A DNA stretch of 32,000 nucleotides from Halomicrobium mukohataei DSM 12286 (GTDB lineage Archaea > Halobacteriota > Halobacteria > Halobacteriales > Haloarculaceae). The DNA lies in NCBI RefSeq assembly GCF_000023965.1, contig NC_013202.1, positions 900,001 to 932,000 of the forward strand. The letters run 5' to 3'. Below, piece by piece: positions 9,580 through 17,507 of this stretch (positions within the stretch are counted from its first letter, which is position 1; every line of letters starts with the position of its first letter). The notes beneath the pieces are model-generated. The model saw nothing but the letters and a program-made list of their open reading frames with translations, was not told the DNA's origin and did no database searches. Position numbers and translations under genes: made by a program.

Positions 9580-10356
9580 ATGACGAACGACCGAACGCCA
9601 CGACGAATTCAGTCGGTGGAGTTGGCGTTCGACATCCTCGAAGTGTTACGCGATTCGGGAGGGGCGACGGTGACGGAGGTCGCCGACCAGATCGATCGCT
9701 CACCGGGCACGACCCACACCTACCTCGCGACGATGGCAGACCGAGGGTACGTCCGAAACAGAGACGGAGAGTACCAGGTCGGACTGTTCGCAGTGCCACT
9801 CGGAGAGTACGTCAGAGGTCAGTCCCAGCTCTACCGGGTCGGCAAGTCGGAGGTCGACGAGCTAGCACAGGAGACCGGCGAGGCCAGCCACCTCGTGGTC
9901 GAGAGCCACGGCCGCGAAATCCCGCTGTACGAGCGGTTCGGCCCAGACGCCGTCGGCGAGACGCTGTACGAAGAGAACAAGGGCCACCCGCGGTGGAACC
10001 TCCACTGCTCTGCCGCCGGCAAAGCGATTCTGGCCCACACGCCGCCAGAGCGGCGCGACGAGATCCTCACGAACTACGAGTTCGCCGAACGGACGCCACA
10101 GACGACGACCGACGAGGCGTCGCTGCGCGAAGAGCTCGAAGCGGTCCGACAGCAGGGATTCGCACAGAACGACGAAGAGCAGATCACGGGGTTGCGCGCC
10201 GTCGGTGCGCCGATCCGATACGAGGGCCAGATTCGCGGAGCGATCAGTCTCTCGGCCCCGACGAGCAGGCTCCAAGGCCAACAGTTCGCCTCTGAGATTC
10301 CGGAGCGCGTCGTGCAGGCGGCAAACGTCGTCGAGATCAATCTCCAGTCCGCATGA
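9580..10356 (+). CDS. IclR-family transcriptional regulator
   Basis: 258 aa. N-terminal wHTH 'IQSVELAFDILEVLRDSGGATVTEVADQIDRSPGTTHTYLATMADRGYV', then a C-terminal IclR effector domain ('GLRAVGAPI...G.IRGAISLSAP'). Divergent from the ABC/catabolic cluster. Confidence 0.9.
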   Translation: MTNDRTPRRIQSVELAFDILEVLRDSGGATVTEVADQIDRSPGTTHTYLATMADRGYVRNRDGEYQVGLFAVPLGEYVRGQSQLYRVGKSEVDELAQETGEASHLVVESHGREIPLYERFGPDAVGETLYEENKGHPRWNLHCSAAGKAILAHTPPERRDEILTNYEFAERTPQTTTDEASLREELEAVRQQGFAQNDEEQITGLRAVGAPIRYEGQIRGAISLSAPTSRLQGQQFASEIPERVVQAANVVEINLQSA

Positions 10357-10995
10357 GTGACTCATATTCGACAATAGTAAACGGCCGTGGTGACAACGTA
10401 ATATAATTAACATCGGTACCGTCGTTAGATGAATTATTTATCGTCGTATTCATTTCGGAGAGCGATATCGACCTGTATTCGGGGTGAAATAAACACGGCG
10501 TTTTTTTGACGATGTCAAAGGACTGGGCACGGAACGACGATGCCATCTCGCGTTGGCGAGCAAACAGTCACACGCCGCCACAGTGCTCTGAGAGCGGTCC
10601 CGGTTCCGCCGAGGGATCAGTTCAGCGTTACACCGTCTGTCCGGCAGCAGATGCTACTACACCATCGAATTCGAGTCCATAGTTCACCAACCCCTAATCG
10701 TATTGGTTCTGGTTTTCTCTTTTGCCCCCATATTCTCAATGTTGGTTCCATATTTGGCATTTCTATCTATCTATAGACTGCCCTTCGCCACAAGTTCCGC
10801 ATCTCTTTCGGATGATAGCCACACGATCTACTGTTTGGCTCTTGGACCGACGAAACCGACACCCGTGCTTGCAGCATCGCCCTCTCGACAGCGCCCGATA
10901 CGGCGTACGTGTCTGACGCCGGAGACGACGACTACGGGCGGAGCGACGGCGGACGACAAAAGTGATTATACGGATCCCCCTCCTACTCCCGCTCG

Positions 10996-12063
10996 ATGCT
11001 GCTGATACTGTGTGTCGACCTCGACGACGACCTCGGCCGCAAGACGGACTGTGAGACGCCCGTCGTCGGCCGCGACGCCGTCGAGTCGGCCGCAGTCGAA
11101 CTGGCGACTGCCGACCCCGAAGACTCCGACGTGAACGTGCTGTTCGAGGGTGTTCACCTCTACGACTCCATCGACGACGAGGCCGTCGAGGTGGCAGCCG
11201 TCACCGGCGTCGACGGGAGCGACGTGGCAGCCAACCGCGCCGTCGGCGAGGAGGTCGACACGGTACTCGCGTCGCTGACCGCCAGCGAAGACGTGCGCGC
11301 ACTGCTCGTGACCGACGGTGCCCAGGACGAGTCGGTCGTGCCCGTGATCCGCTCACGAATCCACATCGACGGCGTCCATCGCGTGGTCGTCCGCCAGGCA
11401 CAGGACCTCGAATCGATGTACTACACGATCAAGCAGGTGCTCGACGACCCGGAGACCCGCGGGACGATCCTCGTGCCGCTGGGAATCTTGCTCCTGATTT
11501 ATCCGCTGGCGATCCTCGCGAACTTCCTCGAACTCCCGGGGTCCGCCATCGGGATCATCTCCGGTCTGCTGGGCCTGTACGTCCTCGCGCGCGGTCTCGG
11601 TGCCGAGGAGACGCTGGACCGGACCGTCGACCGCGTCCGCTCGGGACTGTACGCCGGGCGCGTGACGGTGATCACCTACGTCGTCGCCGCGGCACTGATG
11701 GTCATCGGCGGCGTCAGCGGCGTCCGGACCGTCGAGTCGATGGCCGTCGAATCGGTCGCCGAAGCCATCGCCGGCCTCGTCTTCGGCTCCGTCCGGTGGT
11801 TCGCCGCCGCCGGCATCACCAGTAGCTTCGGCCGCGTCACCGACAAGTACCTCTCGGACAGCTTCGAGTGGCGCTACCTCAACGCCCCGTTCTACGTGCT
11901 GTCGATCGCGGCCGTTCTCTACGGCGTCAGCTCCTACTTCCTCGGTACGGCCACGATCGAAGAACTGGCCGTGGCACTGACGGCCGGCACACTGCTCGGC
12001 CTGGGCAGCACGCTCGCGTTCGCCATCGCCGAGACCCGCTGGCAAGGAGCCGATCCGGTGTAG
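10996..12063 (+). CDS. DUF373-family archaeal membrane protein
   Basis: The N-terminal soluble domain 'LILCVDLDDDLGRKT...TPVVGRDAV...A..LATADPEDSDVNVLF' matches my recollection of the DUF373 family. It is followed by ~6 TM helices. Confidence 0.7.
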   Translation: MLLILCVDLDDDLGRKTDCETPVVGRDAVESAAVELATADPEDSDVNVLFEGVHLYDSIDDEAVEVAAVTGVDGSDVAANRAVGEEVDTVLASLTASEDVRALLVTDGAQDESVVPVIRSRIHIDGVHRVVVRQAQDLESMYYTIKQVLDDPETRGTILVPLGILLLIYPLAILANFLELPGSAIGIISGLLGLYVLARGLGAEETLDRTVDRVRSGLYAGRVTVITYVVAAALMVIGGVSGVRTVESMAVESVAEAIAGLVFGSVRWFAAAGITSSFGRVTDKYLSDSFEWRYLNAPFYVLSIAAVLYGVSSYFLGTATIEELAVALTAGTLLGLGSTLAFAIAETRWQGADPV

Positions 12064-12092
12064 TCAAGCGCCTGGCGTGCCAGGCCACCGCC

Positions 12093-12386
12093 ATGTACGT
12101 CTCCAGAGCCGTCCGGTCGATCCGGGACGACCCCATCGAGGGGGAATCGGTCGGGCTGGTCCTCGAACCCGACGACGAGACCGATCCCGACGCCGTCGCC
12201 GCGGCCGCTCGGGCCGCCGACGCGACCGTCGAGCGCCGCCTCCAGTTCGGCGAACTCGAAGTGCGCGTCCCACACCAGCAGGTCGGCGACGTCTGTGCCA
12301 TCGACGGACTGGCCGCCGTCGAGACCACCAACGCGATCGGAATCTACCCCGACGAAGCCGAAGAGGACATCGACCAGGAGGGGTGA
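12093..12386 (+). CDS. Small acidic hypothetical protein (97 aa)
   Basis: Internal ATG at 12093 of track ORF 11868..12386. Downstream of it the composition is haloarchaeal-like and acidic (MYVSRAVRSIRDDPIEGESVGLVLEPDDETDPD...). The upstream part overlaps the DUF373 gene and is Arg-rich. Confidence 0.5.
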   Translation: MYVSRAVRSIRDDPIEGESVGLVLEPDDETDPDAVAAAARAADATVERRLQFGELEVRVPHQQVGDVCAIDGLAAVETTNAIGIYPDEAEEDIDQEG

Positions 12387-12486
12387 GACGCCCGACCGCC
12401 CGTCGCTGGTCACCGCCCCGGACGACGCGACGGCCGCCAGTCCGAGTCGTACCGCTTTTGACTGCCCGGGGAGTACGCGGCGACGA

Positions 12487-12590
12487 GGGCACGTAGCTCA
12501 GTCCGGATAGAGCGTCGGACTTCTAACGCCGTCACGGCCGTGACGGTGGAAGCGATCCGACGGTCGTGGGTTCGAATCCCACCGTGCCCG
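12487..12590 (+). tRNA. tRNA-Arg (anticodon UCU) with a 29-nt intron at the canonical 37/38 position
   Basis: Folded by hand. Acceptor GGGCACG/CGTGCCC plus discriminator G. D arm GCTC-AGTCCGGATA-GAGC. Anticodon stem TCGGA/TCCGA with loop CTTCTA|A (anticodon tct at 12522-12524). T arm GTGGG-TTCGAAT-CCCAC. The intron (12526-12554) contains the hairpin ccgtcac-ggcc-gtgacgg. Confidence 0.85.
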
Positions 12591-12607
12591 TCCCGAAACC
12601 GTCGGTT
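12577..12607. repeat. attL: 31-nt direct repeat overlapping the 3' end of tRNA-Arg
   Basis: tcccaccgtgcccgtcccgaaacCgtcggtt recurs at 26066-26096 with one mismatch (C/T at 12600/26089). The first 14 nt are the tRNA 3' end. Confidence 0.85.
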
Positions 12608-12762
12608 CCGTACTTTTCCCGGATAACACGGTTATCAAGCCGTTCGTCATCCTCTCTCGACGGTTCTCGAATTCGATTTGAGAGCCAGAATTTGGTGCCC
12701 AACACAGGTGCGAACGCACCCCTCCGCCGTCTGGCATACTCTGTTACCGGGAGGTGGTCGGC

Positions 12763-12906
12763 GTGATCTCTCCCGATGGTTCTCCGTCTCGCGAGAGTTG
12801 GCCGTTCGATCCCAACGAGTTCGTCCGCGCGTCTCGCCTCCTGGAAGCGACTGACCGAGAAGTTCGCCAGGCGATCGAAGAGGTCAAGGACGGTGGTTCC
12901 CGATGA
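12763..12906 (+). CDS. Possible small ORF (47 aa, GTG start), translationally coupled to the next ORF
   Basis: Reads VISPDGSPSRESWPFDPNEFVRASRLLEATDREVRQAIEEVKDGGSR. Its stop overlaps the ATG at 12903 (ATGA). Too short for the track. The track's ORF 12776..12958 in another frame is Arg-rich and less plausible. Confidence 0.3.
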   Translation: MISPDGSPSRESWPFDPNEFVRASRLLEATDREVRQAIEEVKDGGSR

Positions 12907-13052
12907 ACGGGACCGCCTACGTCTGCGACGACTGCGGCGTCACGATCGTCGAGCGTGATCCCGACCAGACTGATCTCTGTCCAGTCTGTCGAACTGGGGG
13001 CGATCCCGAGCAGTATCCGCCGCTTAACCAGGAGCGAGGTGACTACCGATGA
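12903..13052 (+). CDS. Small zinc-ribbon protein (49 aa)
   Basis: MNGTAYVCDDCGVTIVERDPDQTDLCPVCRTGGDPEQYPPLNQERGDYR has CxxC-x16-CxxC. ATGA overlaps occur at both ends (12903-12906 and 13049-13052). Not in the track because it is under 60 aa. Confidence 0.5.
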   Translation: MNGTAYVCDDCGVTIVERDPDQTDLCPVCRTGGDPEQYPPLNQERGDYR

Positions 13053-13378
13053 CCTGCTGGTCCGAGTACGTTCACTACGACTGCGAGGACTGCGGCGAGA
13101 TCTGCATCAACCACGAGGAGAGTGATCCCGCCCAGCTGGGCAAATGTCGCGGCTGCCACATCGACGATCTCGTCGAGGACTACGAGCAGCGACTTCGTAG
13201 CCAACACTCGACGAACACCACGAGCGACCGGCCGGAGGGAGCGACCCCCTCACATGGGGGTCCGACCGACGCCGGGAGCGCACGCCCCCAAGCGAAGCGC
13301 AGGGGGCATTCGTCAGGCGGTCGCGGTCGCGGTAGCGGTCTCGTCTCCGAGGACTCTGCGAACTCTGACTCATTCTAA
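13049..13378 (+). CDS. Small zinc-ribbon protein with disordered basic/Gly-rich tail (109 aa)
   Basis: 'YDCEDCGEICINHEESDPAQLGKCRGCH' is a CxxC...CxxC motif, followed by a low-complexity tail. Coupled to the upstream ORF by an ATGA overlap. Confidence 0.55.
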   Translation: MTCWSEYVHYDCEDCGEICINHEESDPAQLGKCRGCHIDDLVEDYEQRLRSQHSTNTTSDRPEGATPSHGGPTDAGSARPQAKRRGHSSGGRGRGSGLVSEDSANSDSF

Positions 13379-13380
13379 CC

Positions 13381-15189
13381 TTGTCTACGGACGAACCCAC
13401 CACCGGCGGCTCTCGGCATACCAACTTGAACAACTCTGTAAACGACTCTGACGGGGGTAACTCACCGAAAATCGGTTCGGAGTTACCCACTCCGTACGAG
13501 CGCGTTTCAGAGTTCCACGAGGAATACTCCGACCGTGCTCACCTCCGCCTGTCGACAACCCATGGCGAACGACTCCGAGAGGAGTACACCCGAGAGTTCA
13601 CGGAGAGCTACGAATCATCCGCCCCACGAGAGTGGGACGACCCAGTGAAAGGCCAGGAGGTCGTCCGCCGGGAAGCCGTCACTTGGGGAACCGCCGTACT
13701 CCGAACGCTCGAAGACTACGCCGATACCCGCCGGACGACAGTGAATCTCGAGAAAGGTCGTCCGTCAGATCCGGAGTATCAGGAGTGGTCCGTACAGGCT
13801 GAAACGCGCTGGTTCGCCAGCTACCAGAAGCGCTACTACGCCCAGATGAAAGGCTGGCTCCGGGAACTTTGCGGTGGCAAACGACCATCCGGAGAGTACA
13901 CCGAACCCGACTTCGAGAATCCCCATGTGGCCCTCGTCACGCTATCGGCCTCGAGCGTCCCGAACGGTGATCGCGTCGGTCCGGTCGAACACGAACGGGT
14001 CCGTCGCGAGAGCTGGCAGGACGTGTATCACACTCTCCGGAACACCATGCGCTCGAAAGGCTACGAACTCGGTGACGACTGGCAGTACGACCGCCGTAGC
14101 GAGCCACACGCGGGCGAACGCGGCGGTGGCCTGAACCACTGCTATGGCCACGACCACATCGTGATCGTCGTCGACGGCGAGGTGGACGCGACAGACTTCC
14201 AGCCTGTCGTCGAAAAACACGTCGAGACGTGCGACTGGGCCGGTGAGACTGCACACGCCCTCGAGAAAGCCATCGAGGTGAAGGCCGCTGACGAGGTGGA
14301 ACACCTGGCTGAGTACTGTGCCAGCTACGCGGCCATCAAGCCCGTCGATCTCCTCGAGCGGCCGATAGAGTACGTCGCGTGGGCCAGCGCAGTCAACGCG
14401 GCCAACGTAAAGACGGTCTCACGCTCTGACGCTGCCAAACACGCCGCCACTGCTGACGCCTGCCGACAACGCGCTGAGTCCCCACAGTGCGACCAGGACC
14501 GCGATCACGCTGAAGAGATTATCCCCTCGACACGTCGTGGATATGAACTTGAGTGTGCTGAATGCGGCAGTCCCCACGGGATCGACCAGGACCAGACACT
14601 AACAGCTGCCCGATCTCCGAACGACGGCCCAGCGATCGCCGACGGCGGCCTCGTCGATCGCGTCGAACAGCTCAAGGAGCGGTGGCCGTCCGCTCGAGCA
14701 GGTGCGACAGTCGGTGAACGACCACAACGTCGACGCTGGCGACTGGCGATCGAGGAATACCTCAAACAGAACCCCGAAGCAGACCCACCCGAGATACTGG
14801 GCCAGCTGCAACTGCCACCGGACGCTCGCGAGGTCCTAGCCGAGATCGAGGCCGGGATCGATCGAAGTGTACCCGTCGGCTTCGAGCGGCCGCCCGAGTG
14901 GCAAGTCAAGTCGATCACCGTCGGTGAAGAGGAGTATCCCGCTTCCTCCGGTAACGGCGTGACGATGGTCGAGACGAAGTTGCCCGTCGAACGAGTGTAC
15001 GAAGAGTCGGTTCTATCGGAGCGCGACGACGTGACTCGCTGGCGTTGTGAGAAGACAAACGTCGCGATCGGCGGCCCTAATGCTGGTCGAAAGATGGCCG
15101 GCTATCTTGTGAAACAGGGGATCAAGCATCCATGGGTTATAGAAAGTTTAGTAGTTATTGAACACGTTCGAGGGTTAAATTCGATCTAG
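13381..15189 (+). CDS. Large provirus ORF; candidate HUH-type rolling-circle replication initiator (start codon uncertain, TTG in track)
   Basis: 602-aa open frame with acidic haloarchaeal composition. Candidate RCR motifs appear in the canonical order: I 'HVALVTLSASS', II 'HCYGHDHIVIVVD' (HxH followed by hydrophobics), III 'EYCASYAAIKP' (Tyr...K). A CxxC pair 'ECAECGSPHG' lies in the central region. A TCTCGGC motif sits at 13411, inside the 5' end. No in-frame ATG occurs until far downstream. Confidence 0.55.
   Translation: MSTDEPTTGGSRHTNLNNSVNDSDGGNSPKIGSELPTPYERVSEFHEEYSDRAHLRLSTTHGERLREEYTREFTESYESSAPREWDDPVKGQEVVRREAVTWGTAVLRTLEDYADTRRTTVNLEKGRPSDPEYQEWSVQAETRWFASYQKRYYAQMKGWLRELCGGKRPSGEYTEPDFENPHVALVTLSASSVPNGDRVGPVEHERVRRESWQDVYHTLRNTMRSKGYELGDDWQYDRRSEPHAGERGGGLNHCYGHDHIVIVVDGEVDATDFQPVVEKHVETCDWAGETAHALEKAIEVKAADEVEHLAEYCASYAAIKPVDLLERPIEYVAWASAVNAANVKTVSRSDAAKHAATADACRQRAESPQCDQDRDHAEEIIPSTRRGYELECAECGSPHGIDQDQTLTAARSPNDGPAIADGGLVDRVEQLKERWPSARAGATVGERPQRRRWRLAIEEYLKQNPEADPPEILGQLQLPPDAREVLAEIEAGIDRSVPVGFERPPEWQVKSITVGEEEYPASSGNGVTMVETKLPVERVYEESVLSERDDVTRWRCEKTNVAIGGPNAGRKMAGYLVKQGIKHPWVIESLVVIEHVRGLNSI
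13411..13513. repeat. 103-nt segment repeated beyond attR (copy 1), beginning with TCTCGGC and containing a 13-bp interrupted hairpin
   Basis: Hand alignment to 26106-26208 gives 97/103 identical. Hairpin in copy 1: ggtaactc-accga-aaa-tcggt-tcg-gagttacc (13456-13487). Confidence 0.85.
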
Positions 15190-15364
15190 AGAGGCTTCAC
15201 TCACTAGTTAAAATAGTAGTATACCTATATATAAAATATCATATATTAGTTATATATAAAACATTGTCTATTGGTTGTATTAAATATACTCATCTCGCAT
15301 ATATTATCCTGTTTCCCCATATTAATTACTTCACCATCATGTGTTCGAACTGGATAGCAATCCC

Positions 15365-16039
15365 ATGGCAACATTTGATGTAACGGTATACACGTCAAAA
15401 GAGGCGCATAGTAATGATGGGTTTGACGCCCGAGATATGGCAATAGAATTCATCGAGGGCGCATTCAACCGCTCGGATAATCACAGTGTGGACGCCACTG
15501 CTTCCGATTCTATTGTTGACGCTCCGGTTGAGTACGCAAATGATCCATTCAAGGGCCCAATGCCTTGCCATAGTTATAGAACATGGTATGATGATTTGCT
15601 ACACTGGTTCAGGGAATGGTTAGATTGTAATGAGCCATCGGAGATCGCAACAGACTGTAACCTACTGGTTACGTATGGTACCACCGGTGGACTTGGTGGA
15701 GGAGATGACGCCTATGCCTGTGTAGGAGAAAAATTGGTCCAATTCGATTCATATGAAGAATATGGATACGAAACAAAGCATGATTCAGTTGATACCCTCC
15801 TAGAAGAGCTTGGTCATGCGCTCGTATCCAATATGGAAAATGAGGATGATGATAAAGTAGCCCACGACTCTGGATATATATTCCATCATTCAGAGGGGAA
15901 TACTATAACCCCAATAGGTATTACCGGAGATACAGACTATAACAACTGCAATGTATACGTGAATAAAGACAGATGGGATGGAGAAGGTTGGGAAGCAAGG
16001 TATTCACAATGTACTGAAGATAATTTCGTGAAAAATTAA
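15365..16039 (+). CDS. Hypothetical cytoplasmic protein (224 aa) of AT-rich cargo cassette, gene 1
   Basis: ATG at 15365 (MATFDVTVY...); the track's GTG at 15341 is possible. No signal peptide. Cys/Trp/Tyr/Asn-rich, with AT-rich codon usage unlike its neighbours. Contains 'LLEELGHALV...AHDSG', which resembles a degenerate HExxH region. The stop is 1 nt before the next ATG. Confidence 0.6.
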   Translation: MATFDVTVYTSKEAHSNDGFDARDMAIEFIEGAFNRSDNHSVDATASDSIVDAPVEYANDPFKGPMPCHSYRTWYDDLLHWFREWLDCNEPSEIATDCNLLVTYGTTGGLGGGDDAYACVGEKLVQFDSYEEYGYETKHDSVDTLLEELGHALVSNMENEDDDKVAHDSGYIFHHSEGNTITPIGITGDTDYNNCNVYVNKDRWDGEGWEARYSQCTEDNFVKN

Positions 16040-16040
16040 A

Positions 16041-16505
16041 ATGAGTCAAGAGCACAACCGAAGACGGTTTATGAAGTTTGTTGGAACTGGCGCATTGTCC
16101 GCTGGCTATGTTAGTACTGGATCTGCTCAGACAGATTCAGAGAGAGATGATAATAAACAAGAGATAGGCATATACAACCATTCTGATAAAGTTGCAAATA
16201 TCGGAATAGAAATAGGAACGAGTGACAAAGTTATTTATAATAACAAGCATTCACTTCATGGGGCACGACTAGATCAGATACCAGATCATGCAGAAACAAA
16301 CAAGCGATATTCTGTTTCTGAGCAATTGTCGAACTCAGCGAGGCTTGCAACATCTGATCACGCAATAATCCGAGTGCGGAGTGATAGTGGTGAAATGGAA
16401 AAGTTGTCAGTACCAGTGGACAGTGGACAAATCTCAGAAAGAGTTTCTGTCACCGCATATATTAGCTCTGATGGAGAATTAAAGTTAGAATATAGTGTTG
16501 ATTAG
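16041..16505 (+). CDS. Tat-exported small protein (154 aa), cassette gene 2
   Basis: 'NRRRFMKFVGTGALSAGYVSTGSAQ' is a twin-arginine signal with an A-x-A-like cleavage site. The remainder looks like a small beta-rich domain. Confidence 0.65.
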   Translation: MSQEHNRRRFMKFVGTGALSAGYVSTGSAQTDSERDDNKQEIGIYNHSDKVANIGIEIGTSDKVIYNNKHSLHGARLDQIPDHAETNKRYSVSEQLSNSARLATSDHAIIRVRSDSGEMEKLSVPVDSGQISERVSVTAYISSDGELKLEYSVD

Positions 16506-16568
16506 AATAGACCATAAATAGAAGAATAGGTCCTAAAGTTTTTCTTTCTTTCGCACATCATAGCAATC

Positions 16569-17063
16569 ATGGCAAGTCGAAGACTCCTGCTTAAAAAAGT
16601 AGGGCTCCTATCCATAGTTTCTCTTTCAGGGTGTATTAATAAAATTGGAGGAAGTACAGACGGCAGAAATGTGCCAACAGTAACCCAAGATTGTGACGCT
16701 TCTGCTCGACCTGATGGGAAATATCCTAGCTTTCCTAGAGAAATAACAAGAAATAATGTAGAGGGTTTTGTATTGAAGTTTGAGAAGGCTTGGGTTCAAG
16801 CAGAGATTAATGATAGTGGAGATAACTTCTCTGGTTTTGATGGCTGGGATAGTAGTGTATATCAAGAATTGGATAACGGATTTTTTGTTACCACCCGTAT
16901 ATCTGCTGATTACTCATCTGGAAAAAACGAGGAAGGTGGAACAGATCTTGGTAGTGAAGTATTCTCTGCTTGGTACTATATCAATTCAGATTTTGCCTTT
17001 CGCTCCCAGAGGGACACCGACGAACCGCCCAACAATGGTTGGCAGACGGTCGCTTGTGCCTGA
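16569..17063 (+). CDS. Predicted lipoprotein (164 aa), cassette gene 3
   Basis: 'MASRRLLLKKVGLLSIVSLSGC' has an RR n-region, an h-region and a lipobox Cys. C-terminal 'TVACA'. AT-rich codon usage. Confidence 0.65.
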   Translation: MASRRLLLKKVGLLSIVSLSGCINKIGGSTDGRNVPTVTQDCDASARPDGKYPSFPREITRNNVEGFVLKFEKAWVQAEINDSGDNFSGFDGWDSSVYQELDNGFFVTTRISADYSSGKNEEGGTDLGSEVFSAWYYINSDFAFRSQRDTDEPPNNGWQTVACA

Positions 17064-17180
17064 TTATTCTATTTTCTGTGCGACTATACAGCCATACCCA
17101 TAACCCACTTTATAAAACTTAGCCATACTTCTATTTGTACTCAAGGGTTTTTGGGCGGATCTTGAAGATACAGTGTAGCA

Positions 17181-17507
17181 ATGCCCAGTAAACCCGACTC
17201 CTTCGACGATCTCGAACCGACCGAAACCACCACGGACGACGGCGGAACCGATCGGATCGATCTCGATCCCGGCCAAGAGGTGGTCGGCACGATCACCGGC
17301 CTGAACCTGAACGCTGGGTACAACGGTGTGGTCGAGCTGGACGGCCGCCCGATGTACCTGAACAACCAGCTCAAGAACCAGATCATCGCGGCGCTCGTCG
17401 AAGGCAGTACGATGGGCGTTCGGATGTCCGAGGACACCGAGACCTTCGAGAACGACGACGGCGAGGAACAAGAGTACCACCCCAAGGAAGCGAGGTTCGA
17501 CCGATGA
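17181..17507 (+). CDS. Provirus hypothetical protein (108 aa, acidic)
   Basis: Clean ATG ORF at the start of the high-GC structural module. Its stop overlaps the next ATG (17504). A TTTATAAA-like TATA element ('ctttataaaac', ~17109-17119) lies upstream. Confidence 0.6.
   Translation: MPSKPDSFDDLEPTETTTDDGGTDRIDLDPGQEVVGTITGLNLNAGYNGVVELDGRPMYLNNQLKNQIIAALVEGSTMGVRMSEDTETFENDDGEEQEYHPKEARFDR

Noticed and set aside
10337-10546. 69-aa minus-strand ORF in the AT-rich spacer after iclR
   Set aside because: It overlaps the iclR 3' end and has Asn/Ser/Thr-rich low-complexity sequence. It shows no signal, no motif and no convincing promoter context.
15800-15880. 'LLEELGHALV...AHDSG' in cassette gene 1 as a zinc-metalloprotease (HExxH) active site
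   Set aside because: The first His of HExxH is replaced by Glu, and no third ligand can be assigned by eye. This is insufficient to call a protease, so it is kept only as a note.
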